Assembly (NCBI GenBank): GCA_013265495.1
Contig: MU058213.1
Coordinates: 1,674,001 to 1,738,000 of the forward strand
Length of the DNA: 64,000 nucleotides
Source: Vicugna vicugna
Lineage: Eukaryota
Direction of reading: 5' to 3'
Part shown: positions 53,580 through 64,000 of the stretch, one piece after another
Layout: each line of letters opens with the position of its first letter
Numbering within the stretch: position 1 is the stretch's first letter
The notes under the pieces: generated by a model
The model's input: the letters and a program-made list of their open reading frames with translations, nothing else
Database searches by the model: none
What the model was told of the DNA's origin: nothing
Program-made: the position numbers and the translations under genes

Positions 53580-54345
53580 AAATATTTTTATTTAAGGATA
53601 ATTGACAGACAACATTATTTTGGTTTCAGGTGTACCACTTAAAGTCTTGATATTTGTATTCATTGCAAAGTGTTCACCACAGTATGTCTAGTTGAAGTCT
53701 GTCACCATATAAAGTTAAATTTTAGGATTTATTCTCTAGGCAACTTTCAAGTATGCTCTACAATATTTTTGACTATAGTCACTATGCTGCACATTACATC
53801 CCCTTATTTGTTTTATGACTGTAAGTTTGTACCTCTTTACCCCCTTTGCCCATTTGGTCCACTCCCCAAACCCTGTCTCTCTGGCAACCACCATTCTGTT
53901 TGCCGTATGATTTTTGTTTTGTTTTGTTTGTTTGTTTTGTTTTTTAGATTTTGCACATAAGTGAAATCATATGGTATTTGTCTTTCTTTGTATGACGTAT
54001 TTTGGTTAGCATAATTCCCTCAAGGTCAGTTCATGTTGTCACAAATGACAAGCTTTCATTCTTTTTTATAGCTGAATAGTATTCCATTGTGCACATATGC
54101 CACATCTTTATCCATTTGTCCATCAATGGACACTTTGGTTGTTTCCATATCTTGGCTATTGTAAAAATGAACATAAGGGTGCATACATCTTTTTGAGTTC
54201 ATGCTTCCCTTTCTTTGGATAAAAATCAGGAGAATTGCTGGATCATATTGTAGGTTTATTTTCAATTTTTGAGGAACCTCCATACTGTTTTTGTAATAGC
54301 TGTACCAATTTATATTCCCACCAAGAGTGCATGAGGGTTCCCCTA
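53580..54345 (-). mobile_element. L1MA-type 5'-truncated element
   Basis: Antisense ORF2 end and 3' UTR ('QYDPAILL', 'ttgaggaacctccatactgttt'); probable TSD caaaagttgagtt (53564-53576) / caaaagttaagtt (54346-54358). Confidence 0.85.
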
Positions 54346-54484
54346 CAAAAGTTAAGTTAAATTAAAATAGTCAGAAATTTCCTTCTATTTGATTTGTGCA
54401 GTGAGGTGAGTGATCAGCACTCTCAGTTGTCTGCTTCATGCCTCCTCTGTGTCCTTCCTCGAGTACCTTAACTCTCAACATTTC

Positions 54485-55110
54485 TTGAACAGGCACTTCA
54501 CAAAAACAGTTATCTAGATGGCTAAATTACAAATGCAAGTGGATCAACTGTATTATTTACATGGGAAATATAAACTAAAACCATAATGAGATAGCTGTAT
54601 TACCCATTAGAATGGCTAAAATTAAAGAATTGACAATAACAAGTGTTAGCAAGTTAGCAAGTTGATGGAAACCAATGAACCTCTCATGACCTGCTGGAGG
54701 GAGTATAAAGTGATAAAAATTACTTTGAAAAACTGCTTGGCAGTATCTACGTACATATATATATAAGAATTAACTATAGTTACACACAGCAATACAAATG
54801 AATCTTACAGATGTAACACTGAATGGAATAAGCCAGGTGAAAAAGAGTACATATTGTTAATTCATTCACATGAATTAAAGTCAAAACTATGGTGATAAGA
54901 GTCAGAAGAGTGGTTACTTTTTTGGGGGAGGGGTGGTTATTGACTGTGAAGGAACACAAGGGGGCCTTCTACAGTCTTGGAAATATTCAAATATCTTGAT
55001 CAGAGTCATAGTTACATGTGTGTATTTATATGTAAAAGCTCATCTGGTTACACACAAAAGGATAGTGCATTCTACTACTTATTGCCAATTGTAGAAAAAG
55101 GTAAAAAAAA
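54485..55110 (+). mobile_element. L1ME-type 3' fragments
   Basis: 'gaacaggcacttcacaaaa', 'cccattagaatggctaaaattaaa', 'gtcagaagagtggttac'. Confidence 0.75.
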
Positions 55111-55479
55111 AGTAGGTTGCCCTAGGCAATGAATGCAGCAGAGCCCATTTTGTCATGTATCATTCTCTCTGCATCAAGTGTAACATAACTGTCTTAACAG
55201 CAATGGTTTAAATGCACTAGATGTTACCTTCTAATGATTCTACTTCTTCTGCCGTCTTGGGAGCATATTTGGAAGACCATAAGACCCTGTAAAGAAAGCT
55301 TAGGAATAGCTGTGCTACACATTAAGACGTGCTTTTAGCTTGAGCACTCAACTAGGTACCTGAGAGAACCTTTTCAAAGGGTTCAGCAAAAGGCTGGTAC
55401 CTACTCTATAATTATGAGCACACTGATTCCACTTACAATCAAAGAATAATTAATAAGAATGTCAGATGGTGAGCATCAT

Positions 55480-55745
55480 TCAATCAAATTAACTATTTAC
55501 TATTACAGTAGGTGGTGTTATAGAAGCTGAGATGATTCAAAGATGAACAGGACATGCTCCTGTTCTCAAAGTATTTACACTCATTGGTTGTGGGAAGCAG
55601 GTGTGCACAGAACTTAGCATCATTTAAGGAAGAGAAGGTAGGAACTAGGAGAGAGTTATACAATATTACGTAAGTGAGGCATAACTGAGAAAATGGGAGA
55701 AGTCTTGTTGAATAGTATTCTCCCTGAGCTTTGAAGCATGGGAAG
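55480..55745 (-). mobile_element. L2 3' fragment
   Basis: 'cattcaatcaaat...aagatgaacaggacatgctccctgttctcaaag'. Confidence 0.55.
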
Positions 55746-56465
55746 GGATTGCAGTGACATAAGTGAGAAAATAGATGGGGACAAAGACACACTGTTACAG
55801 AAGGAAAACAAAGCCAGGTTGATAGGACCACCCTTCAGCTACTCTCAGTTCGAAAGTCTCCATCTCATGAAATGGCTTGTTTGTGCTGACAAGTATTCTA
55901 GTCTGAACTTGGTGGCTGCCTTCCCACCAGAAACATCTGACCTCACTGCTTCTGCTTCAGATGTTGATATACGAGAGTCTGTGACACGGGCAGTGATGGG
56001 TGCTCTGTAATGCCACTTCAAGACCTATAGCAGATTAGTGAAAAGAAGACCTTTGAACGTGGACCCTTGGCACCTCTGCAGCACTTAAGAGCCCTCACTC
56101 TTCTGACTTGGAGATAACTTACCAAAAGGCCACACATGGGATTAATTTATCACCAAACTGGTTTTAAAGTGAGAGCAAAAACAGGCTTTAACGTTTGTTT
56201 TTTCTAATTTGCCATGAGGTTGAAGTCCACCTCTTGCAATAAGAAATCACTCTTATGTACAGTTGGGGTGAGAGTCTCATCCTGTGTCACATTTCATTGG
56301 CTCTAAAGCATGAAGATAAGACTAGGTCTTTCACCTTATCTTACTTGACTGAAAAGATACTTGATCTTTTATCAGTCTCATAGCAAAGGCTCCCACATTT
56401 CTTATTTTCCCTTTTTCAAAGAAGATCATGAAACTTCACATGGATAAAGTCTCCCCTGAGTTATG

Positions 56466-56601
56466 TAGGGTGACTGTTTATCCCTGAGACAGTGATACTT
56501 TTGATAGAGTATTGGGTGCTTAATTTGGATGAGGTGTCAGGACATAGGCACCTCATGGTGCCTATGAGGTCATGGGCAAACCAGGATATATAGTCATCCT
56601 A
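56466..56601. mobile_element. MER94-like hAT-Blackjack element
   Basis: Termini 'tagggtgact' and 'agtcatccta'; internal 'gggcaaaccaggatata'. Confidence 0.7.
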
Positions 56602-56717
56602 ATTATTAGAGAGAAAAAAATCTGTAGAAACAAAGTAAATTTTCAAACAACACCTTAAAATAAACAATAGATTTGGAAATCACTGTTGAACGTCACTACT
56701 GCTGTTAGGCATGATAG

Positions 56718-56884
56718 TTATGTACAGTTATTTAAGATGTCGGAGCAAGTTTCATCTCTCACGTTATAGTTCGTTGAAGAGTTAGAATCTCGTTTCGTAT
56801 CCTTGGCATAATTTAGTATCTTTGTGACAGTGAAATATGGGTGAAGCTCTGGAATTGTGATATCTGGTGCTTCCCCTTTATACC
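56718..56884 (-). CDS. Candidate terminal coding exon of an unidentified gene (x-YKGEAPDITIPELHPYFTVTKILNYAKDTKRDSNSSTNYNVRDETCSDILNNCT*)
   Basis: Minus-strand acceptor 'gttccttttcag|GG' at 56885/56884; one frame open to TAA at 56718-56720; no repeat motif recognised; five CpGs in 56740-56800 despite CpG-poor surroundings. Confidence 0.4.
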
Positions 56885-57239
56885 CTGAAAAGGAACTCCT
56901 GTCATGCAGCATGCTCCCCATTATCATAAGATTTGGTGGGGAGGTGAAAAATGCAGGGCATCACACATAAAGCTTTTTCTAATACAAAATTTATTATTTA
57001 GATACTTGGAATCATAAATATTTGACTAAATTTAATGTTGCCTGTTAACCATGTGGTTGATGCTTTAGTTTATAATATTTTTATTTTTTTTAAAAATGCA
57101 CTCTAAGTCTGGATGCATTCACCAGCTGACAATACATACTAGCACATACATTCGCGCATACACACAATTGTGTTATTGGTTGTGGGAAACGTGTGAATCA
57201 CTCTGGATCACTGTAGATCACTTTGTATCCACGGTAATA

Positions 57240-57600
57240 TGAACCTGAGCCCAAACTTCATTGATCATCTGACCTCCATAAGCCCCTACTTTGGCTGGTA
57301 TCCCACAGACTGGCATTTTGAGTCTTCAGGAATTAGTGTCAATTCAGAGCTATTGTTCAGTAATCCCCCTCCTCAATGCACAGTCACTCTGGTAAATGGC
57401 CATGGCCCCTTTGGAGAAAGCCGAAGGGGAAGATACACAGTATAAATTGTTGTGGTGTAATATAAGGTACTTCCTCAAGGGGATCCAGCCTCCCCTTCAT
57501 TTAAGAGTCTTTACATTTGTGAACTGCCCCAGTCCTGAAAATTCATGACTCTCTGTTGTGGTAATTCAAGTCAGACTTCCTTTTTACTAGACTTAGAGAT
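57240..57600 (-). mobile_element. ERV-L internal fragment (degenerate gag/protease region)
   Basis: Minus strand 'ccatttaccagagtgactgtgcattg...gctctgaattgacactaattcc...gtaggggcttatggaggtcagatgatcaatg' matches the ERVL protease-like 'SELTLIP...VGAYGGQ.IN' segment. Confidence 0.75.
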
Positions 57601-57719
57601 TTCCCAGTTACACTAATCAAATAAAGCTTTAGTTGTTTAGTAGGTCAAGGTAAGTGAAGGAGAGGAAATAAAAATAAATAATAAATGTCTAGATAATAAT
57701 AATAAAATAATAAATATTT

Positions 57720-59735
57720 AAATAAATAACAAATGAAATTGGAAACACCCAATTGAGGAAATTAACAAATGAGTACTATGCAGCTGTAAAAATGAATGAA
57801 GACTATCATTGTATACCACAATGAAATAATCTTTAAGATACATTGGTAGGTGGAATAAATCAAGAGAAAATGAATATATATATTCATTCAAATATATATA
57901 TTATGCTATCATTTATTTAAGAAAGAGGAGTATATAAAAATATACATGTATTTTATTATGCTTTATAAAGCAACAGGAATACAAACCATTGAAATTGAGA
58001 ATGGACAGAATAAGGTGGAACAGACAAGAATAAAAGGTAGACTTTTTGGAATATACCTTGCTTTAGGGATTTGACTTTGTAATCTTGAATTTAGTTTATA
58101 TAAATAAAATACAAGTAAATTAAAAGAAATTCCTTTTAAAATATTTTTTAAAATTGTATTTTTATTGATAATGTTGATGCTTTTATTATCCAACTGTTAT
58201 GTGTGTATGTATATATATATAGTGTATATATACCAAATGAGTAATTATTTTGGTGTCATTAAGGACTATGATTTTTGCTATGGGAAAAAGGAGATACAGA
58301 TATAAGATCAATGAGGCTAAGTAAAATACTGGTTCTTGAATTTGTATTGGAAGTATCATATGAATTTATTATGTTTTCAGCTTTTGTAAAAAATACAGAT
58401 TTTTAAATGACTTCCACTAAGTGGAATCATGTTTCGTAACACAACTTTCTTATCAATAAGAACTAGAAAAGTTGGACAAAATACCAAGAGCATCAATTTG
58501 AAGACATCAGAGAATTCCCGAGGATGCCAGAATTTAAAGAGAAAAAAATTCAGAGAATAAAAAAGCCCATAAAGTGAGATATTCTACTGTACCATTCTCT
58601 TTGAGAAACTTGCTGATTTGCAGTGGGTTTGGGACAAAGAGCAAACCTGAGAAAAATTGACAGCTCAGTGGCTGGAAAGCTGAGATTCAGTTTCGTCAGA
58701 TGTGGTCCTGGGGAAACACAAATTAGAGTTCAGGGTGGGCCAAGGAGGAGGACTGCTCTTAATAATTTCAGATTTCTATTTAGAAACCTATACCCTAGGA
58801 GTAAGGTTGAACCAGAAGTAGACCAGCACACAGAAAAGAGTACAAACAAATTTCAAAGAGGCTCAGTCTAAATCATAGACTAAGGTGATCTGTTCTTATT
58901 TAATTACCTGAACAAAAAAACGAAGTATCTTCTCTGGGAAAGAATAATAACAACTAGAACCTCTAATTATCTCTATAAATTTTTTATAAATAGTGTCTGG
59001 CATTCAATGAAACATTAACAGGCATAGAAGAATACAAGATTAAATGACTAAAACTAAGAGAAAATATCAGATAATAGAATTAGGCCCACAGGTGATAGAT
59101 TAGAGAAATCAGACATGACTTTAAAGTAACTGAGATTAGTAAGTCAAGAAAAGAAATTACAATAGGGAAATTTTCCAAATAACTTGAGTCTATTAAAAAA
59201 AGTTAAATGAAAATCTTAGTTCTAAAATACATAATAGTTGAAATTAAGAATTCAATAGATGGCTTTAACAGAATATTAGACATAGAAAAGACAGATTAGT
59301 GAAGTCAGAATGTAGAACAATAGAAAATATCCAGACTCAAGTATGAAGAGAAAAGCATGAATAAAGAAATGAAAAAGAGTATAAAAGACATATGACATAG
59401 TATCTTTGGCTAAAAAATGTATTCTCAGAATGGAATCTCAGAATAAAAGGAAAGTAGGATGGCACAGAAAAAATATTGTTAGAGATTCTAGCCATAAATT
59501 TTCCAAATCCTGAATGACATCAATTCCCACATTCAAGAAGCTGTATAAACTCCAAGCTGCATAAATATAAGAAAAGCATATCAAGACACATGAGAATTAA
59601 ACTGCTGAAAATCAATGCAAAGAGAAAAAAAAAATTAAAGCTATCAGGAAAAAAAAGAGATATTCCTTTTAAAGAAGGAATAATACAATTTATAACTGAT
59701 GTCTCAAAAGAAATCATGGAAGCAAGAAAAAAAGT
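57720..59735 (+). mobile_element. Old L1M fragments (3' UTR remnant, then 5'/ORF1 remnant)
   Basis: 'tgaaattaagaattcaatagatggctttaacag...ttagac', 'attcaagaagct', 'gaaatcatggaagcaagaa'. Confidence 0.7.
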
Positions 59736-60184
59736 TTATAGTTCTGAATGTAATTACTAGCGTGGGGTAGATGCCTGACTGTCTTGAAGGTGCTGCACAC
59801 CAGAGAGAGAAGTAATCGGAGGTGGTGATTTACTGTTCCATTGACCAACTTTCAATTAATTAATTTTTCAGTTTCACATCTTACTCAAGTTCTCATTTTT
59901 GCCTTTTGTTATTCTTCATGTTTCTGAGACTTAGACTTTCTGTGGGTTTGGCCAGACTGCTGGTGCCCTCCTAAGCTGTAACCCTCTTTGCTTACTTACT
60001 GAGACCCGACTTCTCCTCTTGCACCATCAGGTACCACTCCTCCATCTGCTTAATAACTTGTAGAAAACTTCTGCCCACTGATGAACTCTCCCATTTTTTC
60101 ACTTGCTAAGGTTTTATTTTTCCCTTCATTACTTTTATATGAGATTTCTGGAGGAAGAGGAGATAAATTCACAGGGTCAATCGG

Positions 60185-60656
60185 TTTTTTTGTTTTACAT
60201 TTCTTTTCATTGAAATATTGTTGATTTATAATACTGTGTTAGTTTCAGGTAAACAGCAAAGTAATTCAGTTGTGTATTTTAGATTATTTTCCATTGTAGG
60301 TTTTTGCAAGGTATTGAATATAGTTACCTTTCCTATACACTAAACCCTTGTTGCTTATCTATTTTATGTATAGTAGTTTGTAACCATTAATCCCATACTC
60401 CTAATTTATCCCCCTCTTCACTTCCCCTTTGGTAACCATAAGTTTGTTTCCTATGTCTGTGAGTCTGTTTCTGTTTTGTATATAGATTTATTTGTATCAT
60501 TTTTTTAGATTTCACAGATAAATTATATAATATGTTTTTCTCTGACTTACTTCACTTAGTGTGTTATTCTCTTAAGTTCATCCATATTGCTGCTAATGGC
60601 AGTACTTCATTCTTTTTATGGCTGAGTAATATTCCATTGGGTATTTATACCATAAT
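60185..60656 (-). mobile_element. Cetartiodactyl-type L1 3' end
   Basis: 'cagcaaagtaattcagtt', 'ttaatcccatactcctaatttatccc...ttcccctttggtaaccataagtttgtt'. Confidence 0.8.
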
Positions 60657-60772
60657 TTCTTAAACCATAAAGAACTTTTTAAAAAGAATCTTAAACCATA
60701 AAGAAATTCTAATTTAAAATCATTTTAAATTACAATTTTTTATACCCAAACTCTGACTATAATAATTGGAGG

Positions 60773-61128
60773 GTCTTAGTCCATTCAGCTTGCTATAGCA
60801 AAATACCATAGACTAGATATAAATAGCAATAAAAAATTATTTCTCATAGTTTTGGAAGCCTAAGTCCAAGATCATGGTGATGGCAGATTCAGTGTCTAGT
60901 CGGGGCTTGCATTCTGGTTCATAAAAGGTGGTCTATTGTGTCTTCATCTGGCAGAAGCATTGAGGGAGCTCTCTTGGGCCTTTTTAAAAGGTACTAATCC
61001 CATTCATGAGGGAATCCTCCTACATGACCTAATCACCTCTCAAAGGCCTCACCTCCAAACACCATCACTTAGGGGATTATATCTCAACATATGAAATTTT
61101 GGGGAGACACAAATATTCAGGCCATTGT
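60773..61128 (-). mobile_element. MLT1A/MST-type MaLR solo LTR
   Basis: 'gtcttagtccattcagcttgctatagcaaaataccatagact...aagtccaagatca...ctaatcccattcatgaggg...catgacctaatcacctc...acacaaatattcagg'. Confidence 0.85.
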
Positions 61129-61259
61129 AGTCTTCCCAGTTTAAGTAGCTACGTATAACTATATGTGAAAGAATTCTTTAGCTTGAGGCTTTCTCAACTT
61201 GAAAAGAAACTATGTTGGAAATAACTGACTTCATACTCTGCAAATAGATTCCATAACAT

Positions 61260-61480
61260 TTAAGAACATTGTCTCTGAAGTCAGAAATATCCAGGGTAAA
61301 ACTCCAGCACTGCCATTTATCCATTTCATTTATTGTGTGACCTTAAAGTAAGTCACTTCACCTCTCTTTCCTCATCCTTAAAATGGATGTACCCATACTT
61401 AACTCTTAGACTGGGTGGAAGAGTAAAATGAACATCACATAGTGAACACTGAGTAAAGGCTACTCATTTAATTAATGTTA
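61260..61480 (+). mobile_element. MIR SINE
   Basis: 'tctgaagtcaga...tgtgtgacctt...aagtcacttcacctctc...aaaatgg'. Confidence 0.7.
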
Positions 61481-62726
61481 CCTATAAAAGAATTATATAT
61501 GGTTTGTTCTGCATGATTATATATAATCTTGTCCATGATTCCTTATTTCTTAGACATCACTTTTGCATTTGCTCAGACTTTAGGTGAGAAATTAATTTCT
61601 ATAGAAGGTCAAGTTTTCTTTTAGTATATCCTCAAAATGCCAGGCTTTCAACCTCCTTCACCTGAGAAGTCTCTGTCCATGTGGCTTCATCACTGAGTCC
61701 TCTCAAATACAATCAGCAACCTTTCATACAACACTATGGTGGAAAAAACCTAAAGGACTTTCTTCTTGGAGTCCACCCTGAAGATGTGTCATCCACCATT
61801 GTGCCATATCAGTGCAGTTCTTACTTAACATTCCACAAGACTGAGGTTACCTGTGGAAGTAATCTGACTCTCATTTAACAAATGAAAAAATTGAGATGCA
61901 GCAAAATTAAGTTGTGTACCTTGGGCACTTAGATTTGGAAACTTTGCCTCATTCTGGCCCTCATGTGGTATTGAGGAAGTATCTCCAGTTTAAGTCAGGC
62001 TCTACCTTTTCCTCTGCAGTTTTCAGCTGTATTTTCTGTACTTTGGCTATGCAGCTACAACAGATTTGCTGAAAGTTGGATGGCAGGAGAGAAGGGAGTT
62101 TGGACCATATGTGAGGTGTATGCAAATCTCTAAGTGCACAAACGATGATTGATAGAAGTTGTTCGAATATGTGAATTAGCTGTAAATGTATTTTCATGAT
62201 TCAATTTAGGTTGGAGGATCTAACCTTAGAGGCTCTAAGTAATGAGGCATTAACTTCACTGCTATTTTTTCAAACTACCACAAAATATAAGCACATGTCA
62301 AAAAAAATGAATCAGATGATGATAGCTGTTTTATGGGTGGTATTTTTAATGTCATTACTGCCACTGCAAACCTAAGCAAAATGAATCTGGTCATTTCAGC
62401 GAAGTCCCCAGTGAGCAATAGTGTCCATTGAGAGGCAAGGTCACATCTTGGTGGGTCTGTCCACAGCTGCTCCAGTTGAGTCTAAGGCTCTGTAGGTCAT
62501 CTTTCCCTGATTGAGGAGGGCCTTTCTGAGTTAAGATTTCTGATTTGATCATTCAGGGTTAACTCATAAAGGAAACAGGAAAATTTGTTTATAGGATCCA
62601 GAGTGTTCTTGTACTTTTTACCTTAAGAGACTTGTTACTCACGTTATACAGTAAGAGTCACGTTATTAAACATCAGGTTAAATTTCTTTTATTATCTACC
62701 TTGCTTGGCTTCATTTCTGGGTTTTA

Positions 62727-62772
62727 TCTCTCCCTCTCTCTCTCTCTCTCTCTCTCGCTCGCTCTCTCTCTT
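62727..62772. repeat. (CT)n microsatellite
   Basis: Directly visible. Confidence 0.9.
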
Positions 62773-63204
62773 TGTCCAGCTCTGTATAAACTCATGACCT
62801 CATCTTACACTCTCTTCCTAGTTCTGACTTTGAACTCCCATAGGATCCTGCTCCTAGGAATTATACCCTGGAACTTCCCACTAAAACTTCAGGCAGTAGG
62901 CTGCTGGAACACCACCCAGCATATCAACCCTGCTCCGGTCAGGTTCACCTGGGTCTCAGCCTCTGTCTATTAGGGTAAGAGAAGCAGGAGAGAAGAATCC
63001 TTTCCTTCTCTCTGGTTTAGTATTTAACCAGACCTTTGTTCCTTCCCCCTACACACCTGCTGCCCTCAGAACCACCATTTCCCCTCAGGTCCACATGACT
63101 GATAATTCCAAGTGGCGTTTTGTAGTATTTTTAACCACCAAGGACACTATTTACTCTTTCCTCTCCATAGGTGCCATGTTTTGAAAAATTTTTTATCTAC
63201 AAAG

Positions 63205-63970
63205 CTTTACTATTAATTTTTTTTCAAATTTATTTATTCATCAAATACATATACACATGTATACAGTACAAGTGTGTACAACACAGTGTTGTTGACTACA
63301 GGTACATTTTGTACAGCAGATCTCCAGAGTTTGTTCATCTTACTTAACTAAAACTTCATACCTGTTGATTAGTAATCCCCTCATTCCCCTTTCCCCAGCC
63401 CCTGGCAATCACCATTCCACTCCTTAATTATAGGGATTTGGCTATTTTAGATACTCATTTAAGAGGAATCTTGCTGTATTTGTCTTTCTGATTGGCTTAT
63501 TTCACTTAGCATAATGTCCTCAAGATTCAAGATTTATCCCTTTTGTCTCCTATTGCAGAATTTCCTTCTTTGTTAAGACTGAATAGTATTCCATTGTATG
63601 TATATATCACATTTTCCTCATCGATTCATCTGTCAGTAGGTATTTAGATTGTTTTCTACATCTTGGCTATGGTGAGTACTGCTAACATCTCTTCAAGATC
63701 CTGATTTCATTTTTTCTGGATAAATACCAGTAGTGGGATTATTGGATCATATGGTAGTTCTATTTTTAATTTTTTGAGGAACCTCCATACTGTTTTTCAT
63801 AGTGGCTGCACTATTGTGCATTCCCACCAGCAGTGTACAATGGTTCTAATTTTCTACAGCCTCATCAACACTTGCTGTATTTTCTATTTTTGATAATAGC
63901 CATCTTGACAGATGTGACTTGTTATCTCTTTGTGGTTTTAATTTGCATTTCCCTGATTATAAGTGGCATT
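63205..63970 (-). mobile_element. L1MA-type 3' end
   Basis: 'gtacagcagatctccagag', 'cccagcccctggcaatcaccattc', 'ttgaggaacctccatactgttttt'. Confidence 0.85.
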
Positions 63971-64000
63971 GGTGGTACTGTGGTGAGCAGAGCTGTTTTC

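Noticed and set aside
57240..57600. Possible domesticated or endogenous viral gene
   Set aside because: The ERVL protease region is fragmentary, the catalytic DTG motif is lost and stops are present.
60657..60705. Repeated 'tcttaaaccataaagaa' with a short spacer
   Set aside because: Two-copy local duplication at an L1 truncation point; no CRISPR-like array, and the context is eukaryotic.
288..62973. Most of the 60-140 aa ORFs in the supplied track
   Set aside because: Short, often starting at non-ATG codons, lacking recognisable domains and frequently inside decayed repeats; expected by chance in non-coding mammalian DNA.

Overview
Mammalian genomic DNA: AT-rich, CpG-depleted, no CpG island, mostly intergenic or intronic. 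It is filled with decayed interspersed repeats (MIR, L2, L3/CR1, L1 of several ages, MaLR/ERVL/ERV1 LTR fragments, hAT MER elements) and microsatellites. The younger L1 ends resemble cetartiodactyl L1s, and I saw no Alu, B1/B2, Bov-tA, CHR, PRE-1 or Can-SINE copies, so a camelid-like artiodactyl is my tentative guess. No complete gene is visible. The best host-gene candidate is a possible last coding exon on the minus strand (56718-56884), unidentified. Most notable structures: (1) a 3.07-kb composite retroposed unit (L1 5'UTR+ORF1, inverted ORF2 pieces and an ancient L1MC-type 3' end) bounded by a perfect 17-bp target-site duplication; (2) an ERV-internal fragment with AATAAA, poly(A) and TSD, apparently L1-retrocopied into an older L1MC; (3) several nested TE insertions. 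I found no evidence for a new multi-gene biological system. Repeat family names are from recalled consensus motifs, not a database search, and repeat boundaries are approximate unless a TSD is quoted.
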